Shown: positions 1 to 14,729 of the stretch, piece by piece
Numbering within the stretch: position 1 is the first letter of the stretch
Layout of the letters: each line of letters begins with the position of its first letter
Notes under the pieces: generated by a model
What the model was told of the DNA's origin: nothing
What the model saw: only the letters and a program-made list of their open reading frames with translations
Database searches by the model: none
Source: the human T2T-CHM13v2.0 reference genome, Homo sapiens
DNA length: 64,000 nt
Strand: one strand, 5' to 3'
Assembly: GCF_009914755.1 (NCBI RefSeq)
Contig: NC_060936.1
Position numbers and translations under genes: made by a program

Positions 1-66
1 GGGCTGTTTCCCAAGTGTGGGCTGAGTTCCGTTTTCCCCTGGAGAATTAAAGAGCAGCACCCTTCA

Positions 67-432
<366 letters not shown>

Positions 433-464
433 CTAATTATGCAGGAAGCAAAGAAATGTTACTA

Positions 465-1050
465 TGTGGTGAAGAATTAACCTTCTTCAAAATAAGCCCG
501 CCTTTTGTCCTTGGCTTCTGGAACGTAATCTCTACTGTCTTTCTTAGCCCGAGGGATGGGGGTCACAGTGGATTGTCAGTGCAATTTAAGGTGGGGACTG
601 GCCACTCCCATGTAGCCATAGGGTTGGAGCTGAAAGACCAACAATGTGACTTTGGGTGGAGGCTTTGGGTCACCCAGTATCGGTGGCCTGGAGACTAAGA
701 TCAACCATGTGGCCAGTCAATCATTTATGCCCACGAAATGGAGCTCCAACAAAAACTGAACCCTGAGGCTTAGGTGAGCTCTCTTGGTTGGTGATTCTCT
801 CTTGGTTGCTGTATTGTCACACATGGATGCCACCGTGTATCCTTACTTTGTGGGGAAAAGACAACAGGAGCTCTGCATTTGGAACCCTTCTGGACTCTGC
901 CCTATGTGTCTCTTTTTGGCTAAGCTTAACCTGTAACCTTTCCTTATAATAAACCATAAATGTGACTATAACAGCTTTTGGTGAGTCCCATGTTTCTAGG
1001 GAATACCAAATCAAAGAGTGATTTTGGGAACCCTCTAAAATTGCAGTTGT
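465..1050 (+). mobile_element. ERV LTR fragment, MER21-like
   Basis: Starts tgtggtgaagaattaacc...ttgtccttggcttctgg, resembling the recalled MER21 5' end; truncated at about 1050. Confidence 0.6.
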
Positions 1051-1265
1051 CCTGCATTTATGGACAGAACCAATATACATCTTACTTGTATTGATTAATG
1101 TCCTATGTCTCCTTGAAATGTATAAAACCAAGCTATAACCCAGCCACTTTGAGCACATGTTCTCAGGATCTCCTGAGGGCTGTGTCATGGGCCATTGGTC
1201 ACTTATATGTGGCTCAGAATAAATCTCTTCAACTATTTTATGAAGTTTCACTCTTTTCATCAACA
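1051..1265 (+). mobile_element. MER4-family LTR, 3' portion
   Basis: gcacatgttctcaggatctcctgagggctgtgtcatgg...ggctcagaataaatctcttc...caaca end. Confidence 0.7.
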
Positions 1266-1755
1266 CCCAAAAGAAAATACATTGTTCTATCAAAAAGATA
1301 CATGCATGCATATGTTCATTGCAGCACTATTCACAATAACAAAGACATGGAATCAACCTAGGTGCCCATCAACAGTGGACTGAATAAAGAAAATGTGGTA
1401 CACGTATACCATTGAATACTATGCAGCCACAAAAAGAACAAAATTATATTCTTTTGTTGCAGCTGGAGGCCATTATCCTAAGCAAATTAACACAGAAACA
1501 GAAAACCAAATACTACATGTTCTATAAGTAGGAGCTAAACATTAAGTACTCATGGGCATAAAGATGGCAGCAATACACACTAGGGACTACTAGAGGGGGT
1601 GGAGATGGAAGTGGGAAAGCTTGAGAAACTATTGGATAATATGCTTACTACCTGGGTTCTGGGATCAACAGCACCCCAAAAGCCTTAGCATTATGCAACA
1701 AATCTGTACATGTACCCTCTGAATCTAAAATAAAGGTTGAAATTGTATTTAAAAA
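1266..1755 (+). mobile_element. L1 3' end (old L1PA, about PA15/16)
   Basis: ORF2 C-terminal peptide KDTCMHMFIAALFTITKTWNQPRCP followed by L1 3'UTR ending gaatctaaaataaa. Confidence 0.85.
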
Positions 1756-2394
1756 GTCCATGTGGAAAGTTTAGATTAATACATCTATCTTAAACTTTTA
1801 AAACTTGGCAGAATATCTCAAAATTTTGTCTGTGCTTGTATCGAGCAAATATACGGGAAGTATCAGGGAAAGGGAAGGAATGGTAGGGATGGTCGTAACA
1901 CACACAGCGTATTATATAGCTGCAATAATTAAATCAACAAGGGGCAAGTGCAAGCCTAGTCACATAGATGGAGCAGACAGCTCAGAAACAGATCACAGAA
2001 TTTGTTCTAGGAAAAAGGAGGCATCACACATCAAAGGGGGAGAAACCTTACTCAATAAATGGTGCTGGGATAAATGATAAATTATTTGAGGGAAAAATAT
2101 TTAGATCCTTACCTTATGCTCTACACCAAAATAAGTTCTACATAAATGAATTTAATTCAACTTATGGAAAACCTTGCTTCCTCATTCACTGAGAAAACTG
2201 AAGCAATTTTCAAACACCCACCACCCTCTCTACTTAGCAAACAGCGTTTATGCCCCTACATTCTGCCTTCCTTCTCATTATTTTAGACAAACTGTTTTTG
2301 CTCCTAAGGCCAATTCCTTCATATCATCCCTCAAGCACCTCTGCGCAATAGAAGCAGAACATGAGTCACAAATGGAGCCTTACATTTTCTAGTA

Positions 2395-2715
2395 CCCAGC
2401 GGTGGCTCACTCCTGTAATCTTAGCACTTTGGGAGGCCAAGGTGGGCAGATGCTTGAGCCAGGAGTTCAAGGCCAGCATAGGCAACATGGTGAAACTTCT
2501 TGTCTCTCCAAAAAAAAAAAAAAAAAAAAATTTAGCCAAGCATGGAAGCGCCTGCCTGTACTCCCAACTACTCTGGAGGCTGAGTTGGGAGGATCAGGTG
2601 GGAGGAAAGCTTGATCCCAGGAGGCAGAGGTTGCAGTGAGCCGAGATAGTGCCACTGCACCACAGCCTGGGTGAAAAAGTGAGACTCTGCCTCAAAAAAG
2701 AAAAAAAAAAAAAAT
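2395..2715 (+). mobile_element. Alu (older, J/S-type)
   Basis: Alu body with expanded middle A-run and A tail. Confidence 0.9.
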
Positions 2716-2717
2716 TC

Positions 2718-3035
<318 letters not shown>

Positions 3036-3545
3036 ATTCTAGTATCCATATTAAAAAAGGTAAAAAGAAACAGGTAAAAATAATTTTAATATCTTTTGTT
3101 TAACTCAACGTATCAAAAATATTATCATTTCAACATGTAATTAACAAAAATTATTCATAAGATATTTTACACACTTTTTTTCCTCATACTTTTTTAAATC
3201 TGGTCTGTGTTTTATACTTGCAGCACGTCTCAATTTGGACTCACCACATTTCAAGGCTTAGAACCCATACGTGGTTCCTCACTTCCATATTGGACAGCAC
3301 AGCCCCAGATCCTATGCCTTCTTTCCTACATGGGACATCACTTATTTCCTGTACCTTCTACAGGGATCAATTTTCACCTCTCTCCTAACTCAGTCCCTTT
3401 TTCAAAAAAATATGCTGTTATTTTTTCCACTTTAAAATCACCCTCTCTTGACTCCACTAATTCCTCCAGAAACTCTAGTTTGCTCTTTTTTAAAGCAAAA
3501 TCATATTGTTTTGCCACAGTCACTGTTTACAATTCCTTTCTTCAT

Positions 3546-3945
3546 GGGGCAGGAGAATAGGGAATTAGGCTAACCAACGGTTAAGGAATAATCAAAAGAA
3601 CAGCAGGTGCAGCCAGTTCTAGGCAAGATTAAGCAGCACAAAGGGCACATTTTCACTCCTGTGATAACAAGACAGAAGTTTTCACTTCAGCCTTTGATTG
3701 GTCATGGACTAATCCTTCATAGCGTGTATCCAATTGAAGGCCTCTAAAGGGCACCTAGGGGTGTTACCAAAGTCTTTTAACTTAATAAGAACCCTAAAGA
3801 ACATTGTAATTGGGGCTCTTGAACTGCCTGCTTGAGCCCACTCCCATTCTGTGAAGTGTACTTTCGCTTCAATAAATCTGCGCTTTTGTTGCTTCTTTTG
3901 TTGCTTCATTATTTAATTGCTTTATTTGTGCATTTTGTCTAAAAA
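3546..3945 (+). mobile_element. ERV1-class solo LTR (MER4-group; subfamily uncertain)
   Basis: tggggcaggagaataggg start; gtgtactttcgcttcaataaatctg poly(A)-signal/U5-like end. Confidence 0.55.
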
Positions 3946-4043
3946 GACTTTTTTCATTTGACTTCTAGGATATCATGTCTTGTGCTTTATCCTCCTGCCT
4001 CATTGGTGACTTTTCTTACTGGTTCCTCCTCATCTTCCCAGAC

Positions 4044-4045
<2 letters not shown>

Positions 4046-4077
<32 letters not shown>

Positions 4078-4353
4078 GGAGTCTCTATCTGTCACCCAGG
4101 CTGGAGTGCAATGGCGAGATCTCGGCTTACTGCAATCTCTGTCTCTCAGGTTCACGCCATTCTCCTGCCTCGGCCTCCTGAGTAGCTGGGACTACAGGCA
4201 CCCGCCAGCATGCCCGGCTAATTTTTGTGTATTTTTAGTACAGACAGGGTTTCACCGTGTTAGCCAGGATGGCCTCGATCTCCTGACCTCGTGATTCGCC
4301 CACCTCGGCCTCCCAAAGTGCTGGGATTACAGGCGCGAGCCACCGTGCCCGGC
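4046..4353 (-). mobile_element. Alu (AluY-like)
   Basis: Long poly-T; ttcacgccattctc and cgtgttagccaggatgg Y-type diagnostics. Confidence 0.92.
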
Positions 4354-4568
4354 CCTTCCCAAAATCTTAATACAGAGGGCTCCAGGGTTCAGTTCTTGGT
4401 TCTCTTCCCTTCCCTATTCCTCTTCTTCCAAATTTTAAAAATTTGCTTGAGATTTAATTTCATGGCTTTAAATACTATTTATAAGGTTCCAATTCACAAA
4501 TTTATATCTCCAATCCAGCCAGAACTTTTGCCCAAACCTCACCCTCATATTTTCAATTGTTTACTTAT

Positions 4569-5282
<714 letters not shown>

Positions 5283-5579
5283 CTACTCAACATTGTATTT
5301 AACTGTCAAATAGGCATCTCAACTTAACAGGTCAAAAACTGATCTAATCTAATTCATCTCCTCTGTACTCATTTTCTTCTTCATTTCAGTATTTAGCTGA
5401 TGACAACTCCATCCTTCCATCAGGAAATTCTGTTGTCTCTCCCTTCAACATATACGTGAAATCTGACCACTTCCCACCACCTCCACAGTTGCACAGTGGT
5501 ACCCACCATCATATCTCACATGGATTATTGTAATAGCCTCTTAACAGGTCACTCTACCCTTGTTTTCCTACATTCTACT

Positions 5580-5900
5580 TTCTTTTCTCTTCTTTTCTTT
5601 TTTTTTTTTTTTTTAAGACAAGGTGTTGCTCTGTTGCCCAGGCTGGACTGCAGTGGTACAATCTTAGTTCACCGCAGCCTGGAACTCCAGGGCTCAAGTG
5701 ATCCTCCTGCCTCAGCCTCCTGAATAGCTAGGGCTACAGGCACTTGCCACCGGGCCTGGCCAATTTTAAAAATAGTTTTGTAGAGATGAGGACTCGCTAT
5801 GTCTCTACAAAATCCCTGGCCTCGAATTCCTGGCCTCAAGCTATCCTCCTGCCCTGGCCTCCCAAGGTGCTGGAATTACTGGTGTAAGCCACCTTGCCCA
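5580..5900 (-). mobile_element. Alu (AluJ-like)
   Basis: Poly-T; gggctcaagtgatcctcc J-type motif. Confidence 0.88.
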
Positions 5901-6429
5901 CCTTGCCCAACGCTACATTGTATCTTCAAAAGAGTAGCCAGAGTGATCCTGTCAAAATCTGAGTGACATAATTGAGCACTCCAATGGCTCTCATTTTACT
6001 CAGAGTGAATGTCAGACTCCTTACAATGTAATACAAAAGACCTGTCTTATCTTTCTGACCACATCTCTGATTACTCTCCCCTTTGTTGACTCTGCTCCAG
6101 ACATAGGGGGGATTCCATGCTTTTTCTTGAACATTCCAAAGATACTCTCCGTACTCAAAGGCTTTGCACATATTGTTCCCTTTTCCTAGAATGCTCTTCC
6201 CCAAAGTAATTATGTGGCTTACTCTCTCATCTCCTTTAAACCTTCTTCAAATGCCATCTCCTCAAATTAGGTAAATGAGGTTGACTCTTGCCCCCTTTTT
6301 TTTTATATAGTGAACCCCATATTGGAGCACCACTTTGTTCATAATTGCAACAAGCCACCACCTCTCCGCTCCTGTCCTGGCACTGGTGATGTCCATAACC
6401 CTGCACTAGTTTTTTTTGGGGGGGGTTGT

Positions 6430-6720
<291 letters not shown>

Positions 6721-6897
6721 CCCCTGTGCTAGATTTTGCACATAGCCCTTATTACCTTTTAATATATGATATAATATAGGTGTGAGTATTATGTTTTTTG
6801 TCTCTTTCCTCTTGAAGTAAGTTCCGCAAAGGCAGGATATTTTGTCTGTTTTGTTTTCTGATATGTACCTAGAACAGTGTCTGCACATAGTAGATGT

Positions 6898-7096
6898 TCT
6901 CTCTCTATATATACATATATACACACACACTCTCTCTATATATATATATAGTCTCTATATATTTACAATGTATATATATTTTTAAATGTATATATACACA
7001 CACGTTTTAAATATATAAACACGGAGAGAGTATATATGTGTATATATATATATAGAGAGAGAGAGAGTGTATCTACGCACACACACACATACACAC
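6898..7096. repeat. Compound (CT)/(TA)/(CA)/(GA) microsatellite
   Basis: Directly visible dinucleotide runs. Confidence 0.9.
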
Positions 7097-7358
7097 TTTT
7101 TTTCTTTTAAGAGACAGCATCTTGCTCTGTTGCCCAGTCTGGAGTGCAGTGGCATGATCATGGTTCACTGCAGCCTTAACCTCCTGGGCTCAAGCAGTCC
7201 TCCCATTTCAGCCTCCTGAATAGCTAGGACTACAGGCATGTGCCACAATGCTTAGCTAATTTTTAAATGTTTTGTAGAGACAGGGTCTTGCTATAATAGC
7301 CCAGGCTCATCTTCAACTCCTGGCCTCAAGTGATCCTCCTGCCTCAGCCCCCCAAAGT
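7096..7358 (-). mobile_element. Alu (AluJ-like, 5'-truncated)
   Basis: Reverse Alu ending at cccaaagt. Confidence 0.85.
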
Positions 7359-7483
7359 AGATGCTTAATATTCATTAAGTAAATGAATGAGATTAATTCA
7401 ATGAATGAGATGTGTATGGGGAACTACTTTCTAGGCATAGAAAAGATTTTTTTAAAAATCACAAAGAAGGGAATTGTAGATTT

Positions 7484-7787
7484 ATTTATTTTATTTTTCA
7501 TTTTTTGAGACAGAGTCTGGCTCTGTCGGCCAGGCTGGAGTGCAGTGGTGCGATCTCGGCTCACTGCAAGCTCTGCCTTCGGGTTCAGGCCATTCTTCTG
7601 CTGCAGCCTCCCGAGTAGCTGGGACTACAGGCGCCCGCCACCACGCCCGGCTAATTTTTTTATATTTTTAGTAGAGACGGGGTTTCACCGTGTTAGCCAG
7701 GATGGTCTTGATCTCCTGACCTCGTGATCCGCCCGCCTCGGCCTCCCAAAGTGCTGGGATTACAGGCGTGAGCCACTGCGCTGGGCT
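7484..7787 (-). mobile_element. AluY with TSD
   Basis: CpG-rich Y diagnostics; TSD gggaattgtagattt at 7469-7483 and 7788-7802. Confidence 0.95.
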
Positions 7788-7834
7788 GGGAATTGTAGAT
7801 TTTTAAAAAGTGGAACCCAATTTATTGCAGGCTT

Positions 7835-8135
7835 AAAAATTTTTGTGGGTACATAGTAGGTGTATTTACCTTTAACATTTATGGGTTCCATGAGATATTT
7901 TGACACAGGCATGCAATGCAATGTGTAATAGTCGCATCAGGGTAAATGGGAGTATCCATCACCTCAAGCATTTATACTTTGTGTTACAAACAATCCAATT
8001 ACACTCTTAGTTATTTTAAAGTGTACGATTAAATTATTTTTGGCTGCAGTCACTCTGTTGTGCTAGCAAATACTAGGTCTTATTCATTCTGTCTATGTTT
8101 TTGTACCCATATAACCCTCCCCACTTCCCCCAAAT
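7835..8135 (-). mobile_element. L1MA-type 3' end
   Basis: tttgtgggtacatagtaggtgtat...gtatccatcacctcaagcattta. Confidence 0.75.
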
Positions 8136-8946
8136 TCTGGATTTTACTACATACAAATTTAAAACTTGAGCATGCATAACAAAACACAAAGATAGTCTGC
8201 TATAGTATATATTTTAGAAAGCCCTCAACTCTCCCCCGAAATAAGGTCTTTTTAAAAATTTAAAATGAACAAATATTTATAAAACTCAAATTTTAAGTCA
8301 TTTTTCCAACTGTGAAAGAAAAAAGTGTTTTTATGAGCACTTCTGCTGAAGTCTACCTACATGGTTTTGTATTTTCTGCATAGAACCAATGTAAATTAGG
8401 ATTAATTATGGGATTTTTTGCCACTCTTAGTTTGTTATCCATCCTTGCCTTTCAAAATTTCTATTAGCCCCTTAATACAAATTTTTGTTTTAAGCACTGT
8501 TTTAAGCAAGTCAAACCTTAAAACTTAGGAAAGAGAATTTGAGCCATCACTGGAATTTAAAATACGTTTTTTAAATGCACATGGAATTATCTTAATGATA
8601 TTAAATGGCTTTGCTATAAATAATCTTCTAAGGAACTTACATAAAAAGCTTTTAGGTAATTAAAGCCAATTTTTGACACTTTTTCTTTAATCAGAAAGGG
8701 TTTTGATTGAAGCAGAAAACAGACTGAGCTTCCTGACTGGGATTGTATGTTCAGTGTCCTGTAGCCCCACTCAGCCAGTCAGCATCACTTTCTAGCCTGC
8801 CCGTCACTGTGCAGACGAGGAAACTGAGACTCCTCTTCCATGCTGAGTAGCTAAATCATGATCTTGATTTGAATAAAATGAAAGCTCTTGAGGGCAATTC
8901 ATTACTTCAACTCTTTACTAATTGTGTTAATATTAAAAATATAGTG

Positions 8947-9301
<355 letters not shown>

Positions 9302-9611
9302 CTAAATTATTCTTCCTAATAAAACTAACATTAAACGTTTTTTAAAAATTCACTTTTCTTCAACTTTTTTTGAGAAATACAATCAAATACAGAAAAATGC
9401 ATAAAATAAATGTACAACTTAACAAATTGTGATATGGGCACCTACAAAGCCACCATTAGGTTAAGAAATAAGTTATTTTTAACACCCCAGAGGTCCTCCC
9501 TTCCTTACCTTTCCTAGAGGTAACAGCTATCCCGGCTTGGATAATAATCAACTGTTGTTTTGCTTTAGAGTTTTGCCACCTAAATATGCACTCCTAAAGA
9601 ACATGCTGGTT

Positions 9612-9898
9612 GGCCGGGCGCGGTGGCTCATGCCTGTAATCCCAACACTTTGGGAGGCCGAGGCAGGCGGATCACGAGATCAGGAGATCGAGACCGTCCT
9701 GGCTAACATGGTGAAACCTCGTCGCTACTAAAAATAAAAAATAAAAATAAATTAGCCCGGCGCCAGTAGTCCCAGCTACTCAGGAGGTTGAGGCAGGAGA
9801 ATGGCGTGAACCTGGGAGGTGGAGCTTTCAGTTACGCTCCAGTCTGGGCGACAAGGCAAAACTCCGTCTCAAAAAAAAAAAAAAAAAAAAAAAAAAAG
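9612..9898 (+). mobile_element. Alu (Y-like) with two internal deletions
   Basis: Right arm lacks gtggtggcgggc and gagccgagatcgcgcca segments; degenerate TSD aaagaa(c/t)atg. Confidence 0.9.
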
Positions 9899-10048
9899 AA
9901 TATGTTTGTCTTAGTCATGACCTTAGGGAAAAAAATTCAGTATTTTCCACCAAATTTCCTGAGTCTTAAAATCGCAGGTGGCTGATGGTGGTACTTAGCC
10001 TCTGTAATTGCATGAGCCAATTTCTCATAATAAATATAAACTTACTAT

Positions 10049-10511
10049 TAAGGGAGGAGACCACCCCTCATATTGTCTTATGCCCAGTTTCTGCCTCCAA
10101 AGAAAGAAGTAAAAGCTAAAAGGCAGAAATGAAATCCACAAGCAGACAGCCCGGCGCCACACCCTGGGCCTGGTAGTTAAAGATCGATCCCTGACCTAAT
10201 CAGTTATGTTATCTATAGATTATAGACATTGTATAGAAAAGCACTGTGAAAATCCCTGTCCCGTTCTGTTCCGTTCTAATTACCGGCGCATGCAGCCCCC
10301 AGTCACGTACCCCCTGCTTGCTCAATCAACCACGATCCTCTCACGCGGACCCCCTTAGAGGTGTGAGCCCTTAAAAGGGACAGGAATTGCTCACTCTGGG
10401 AGCTCAGTTGTTGGAAACCTGAGTCTCGCGGAAGCGGAAGCTCCCGGCCAAATAAAGCCCTTCCTTTAACTCAGTGTCTAAGGGGTTTTGTCTGCGGCTT
10501 GTCCTGCTACA
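10049..10511 (+). mobile_element. Solo LTR2 (HERV-E/Harlequin family)
   Basis: taagggaggagaccacccctc...gtcctgctaca (463 bp); 4-bp TSD ctat at 10045-10048 and 10512-10515. Confidence 0.88.
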
Positions 10512-10789
10512 CTATATTTGTATTATATATTATTTATGACAATTTATATATATGAGAATTTATGTTATAATTTCATCTTGAGTAAGTTTTGGTAGTCTGT
10601 GATCTTCAAAGAATTGTTCCTTTTTATTTAAATGACTGCATACATGTACACAGAGCCATTCGGGTATTTCCTTACTATCCTTTTAATGTCTGTGACGCCT
10701 GTAATGATCTTCTTTCTTTCATTCTTGTCACTGGTAATGTGTGTCTTCTCTCTTTCTCCTTCACTGTCTTTTGGTCAATATTGGTATCA

Positions 10790-11017
10790 TGAGGCCAGCA
10801 GTTTGAAACCAGCCTGGCCAACATGGTGAAACCCCGCCTCTACTAAAAATACAAAAAATTAGCTGGGTGTAGTGGCGGGCGCCTGTAATCCCAGCTACTC
10901 AGGAGGCTGAGGGAGGAGAATCACTTCAGCTTGGGAGGCAGAGGTTGCGATCAGCCGAGACTGCGCCACTGCACTCCAGCCTGGGTGACAGAGTGAGACT
11001 CTGTCTCAAAAAAATAA

Positions 11018-11052
<35 letters not shown>

Positions 11053-11053
11053 A
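10790..11053 (+). mobile_element. Alu, 5'-truncated, (AAAT)n tail
   Basis: Starts within the left arm; tetranucleotide tail. Confidence 0.9.
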
Positions 11054-11389
11054 TTTATTTATTTTGTTGATGTTTCCAAAGAGACAGCTTTATGGTTTTT
11101 TTTTTTCCTGTTTCAATTTTATTGATTTCTTCTTTCGTCTTCATTATTTCCTTTCTTTCACTTGCTTTGGGTTTATCTTGCTCTTTTTGTGTTTAGTTTC
11201 TTAGGTGGAAGCTTAAATCACTGATTTAAGACCTTTTTTTTTTTCAGTGACAACCACTGTTAACATGATGGCTTGTTCCATTTACTCAGTGTGTGTACAT
11301 GCATGTTTGCATGTAAATCTTTTATTTTATAAAATTGAGATCATAAAAATATTCTGGGTTTTTGCTTTTTAAACAATTTCTTTAAAAAA

Positions 11390-11722
11390 AATTTTTTTTT
11401 AATTTTTGGATTCAAGGGGTGCATGTGCAGGTTTGTTACATGTTTACATGATGCTGAGGTTTGGGGTACCAATAGTCCCATCCCTCAGGTACTGAGTATA
11501 GGGCCCAATAGGTAGTTTTTTAAGCCCATTCCTCCCTCCTTTCCCCTGCTAAAAATCCCAGTGTCTACTGTCCATGTGTATTGAATGTTCAGCTCCTACT
11601 TATAACTGAGAACATGAGGTATTTGGTTTTCTATTCCTACATTATTAATTTGCTTAGGATAATGGCCTCCAGCTGCAACCATGTTGCTGCAAAGGACATG
11701 ATTTTGTTCTTTTTAATGGCCA
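11390..11722 (-). mobile_element. L1PA (old) 3' end
   Basis: catgtgcaggtttgttacatg...aatggcctccagctgc. Confidence 0.8.
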
Positions 11723-12195
11723 CATTCTTTTTGAATGTAAGCATTTAATGACACAATTTCACTCTAAGCACTGCTTGACCTGCATCCCACCATTGTTTCC
11801 TTTTAAATAGTCTTTATTTTTGAGTCTCACAAATTTTAATGTTATATATGTTTCTTTGTTCCATTTAAGATCTTTTCTAATTTTCCTCAAGATTTTCTTT
11901 TGACTCATGGGCTACTTAGAAGTGTTTTTATGTCCAAGTGTTTGAAGATTTTCCTGTTATCTATTTCTAGTTCTGTTCCACTGTGGTCATAGAACATACT
12001 TTTTGTGATTTCAATTCTTTTAAAGTTGTTAAGGTTTGTTTTATTACCTAGGATATGGTCTATCTTGTTTATTGTTCCATATGCAGTTGAAAAAAATGTA
12101 ATAAGGCGGAGTATATTGATTGAATTATGAATATTGAGCCAGCTTTGGATTCCTGAGATAAAATTCACTTGGTCATGAAGTATTATTCTTAGCAT

Positions 12196-12646
12196 TGTGA
12201 ACACCCCAAACTTGAGACAGGTCTCAGTTAATTTAGAAAGTTTATTTTGCCAAGGTTGAGGATATGTGCCCATGACACAGCCTGAGGAAGTCCTGACGAA
12301 CATGTGTCCAAGGTGGACAGGGTACAGCTTGGTTTTACACGTTTTAGGGAGACAGGAAACATCAGTCAATATATGTAAGAAGTACACTGGTTCCCTCCAG
12401 AAAGTCAGGGACAACTCAAAGCAGGGAGGGGGCTTCCAGGTCACAGGTAGGTGAGACACAAATGGTTGCATTATTTTGAGTTTCTGATAAGCTTTCTGAA
12501 GGAGGCAATCAGGATATGCATCTATCTCAGTGAGCAAAGGGATGACCTTGAATAGAATGGGAGGCAGGTTTGCCCTGAGCAGTTTCCAGCTTGAATTTCC
12601 CTTTTAGCTTAGTGATTTTGGGGGCCCAAGATATTTTCCCCTCACA
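12196..12646 (-). mobile_element. Solo MER4A-like LTR
   Basis: TG...CA termini; reverse strand begins tgtgaggggaaaatatcttgggcccccaaaatcactaagc. Confidence 0.85.
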
Positions 12647-13061
12647 ATATCTTTTGCTGAATTCTATTTGTTGATTTTACTAATATTTGTTGTTGGGTAG
12701 TTTCCATAAATGTCAAATATATTCAGTTTGTTGGTAATGTTGTTTAGCTCTTCCATATTTTTGCTAATTTTCTCTATACTGTGAAAGAAACATTTAAGTC
12801 TCTAAATGTAACTGTGTATTTATATATTTGTCCTTTCAGTTCTTTCCATTTTTGCTTAATGTATTTTGAAACTCTTGTTAGGTGCATACACATTTAAGAT
12901 TATGTCTTCTTGGTGAATTGATCCTTTTATCATTATGTAATATTCTTATTTATTATTTGTAATATTTTGCTCAGAAGTTTGCTTTGTCTGATATTAATAT
13001 ATCCACACCAGCTTTCTTTTTTTTCTTCCAGCTTTCTTTTGATTAATATTTTCATGGTATA

Positions 13062-13462
13062 TGTCAGGCCTCTGAGCCCAAGCTAAGCCATCATATCCCC
13101 TGTGACCTGCACGTATACATCTAGATGGCCTGAAGTAACTGAAGAATCACAAAAGAAGTGAAAATGGCCTGTTCCTACCTTAACTGATGACATTACCTTG
13201 TGAAATTCCTTCTCCTGGCTCATCCTGGATCAAAAGCTCCCCCACTGAGCACCTTGTGACCCCCACCCCTGCCAGCCAGAGAACAACCCCCTTGGACTGT
13301 AATTTTCCACTACCTACCCAAATCCTATAAAACGGCCCCACCCCTATCTCCCTTCACTGACTCTCTTTTCGGACTCAGCCCGCCTGTACCCAGGTAAAAT
13401 AAACAGCCTTGTTGCTCACACAAAGCCTATTTGGTGGTCTCTTCACAGGGACGCGAGTGAAA
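13062..13462 (+). mobile_element. Solo LTR7 (HERV-H)
   Basis: tgtcaggcctctgagcccaagctaagcc...gacgcgagtgaaa; TATA cctataaaa; 5-bp TSD gtata at 13057-13061 and 13463-13467. Confidence 0.93.
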
Positions 13463-13597
13463 GTATATCTTTTCCCATCCTTTTACTTTTAGCCTACCTA
13501 TGGCATTATGTTTGAAGTGAGTTTTTTGTAGACAGTATACAGTTTATGGTTATTCATATATTCTGGAAATCTCTGTCTTTTAATTGGTATGTTTAGA

Positions 13598-13815
13598 CAG
13601 AGGTCAGCAAGCTACAGCTATAAGCCATATCCAGCCCATTACCTCTTTTTGTAAATAAGGTTTTATTGGATCACAGCTGCACTCATCCACTTATGCATTA
13701 TAGCCAATGGCTGCTTTTGTGCTACAGTGGCAGAGTTGAATGGTTGTAAAAGCCTGTATACTCACAAAGCCTAATTTACTCTTTAGCCTTTTACAGAAGA
13801 AATTTGCCAAGCCTT
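13598..13815. mobile_element. MER58A-like hAT-Charlie MITE
   Basis: cagaggtcagcaa...tttgccaagcctt termini; 8-bp TSD tgtttaga. Confidence 0.8.
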
Positions 13816-14057
13816 TGTTTAGACCATTTACATTTAATGTAACTATAGATACATTTTGGTTTAGGGCTAGCATTTAATTTATTTACTGTTCATTCCCTCT
13901 GTTTTTGAGTCTTTCTTCTCTTCTGCCTTCTCTTGGGTTGTTTGAACATTTTATAATATTCCATTTAAATTTATCTACCATTTTTTTTCTACATTTCTTT
14001 GTATAGCTTTTAAAGCAGCTGTCCTAGGGCTTACATATAAATAACTAACTTTCAACA

Positions 14058-14729
<672 letters not shown>

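Noticed and set aside
11905-12537. Longest ORF in the window (210 aa)
   Set aside because: Chance read-through from the MER4A LTR into degenerate L1 fragments; non-ATG start
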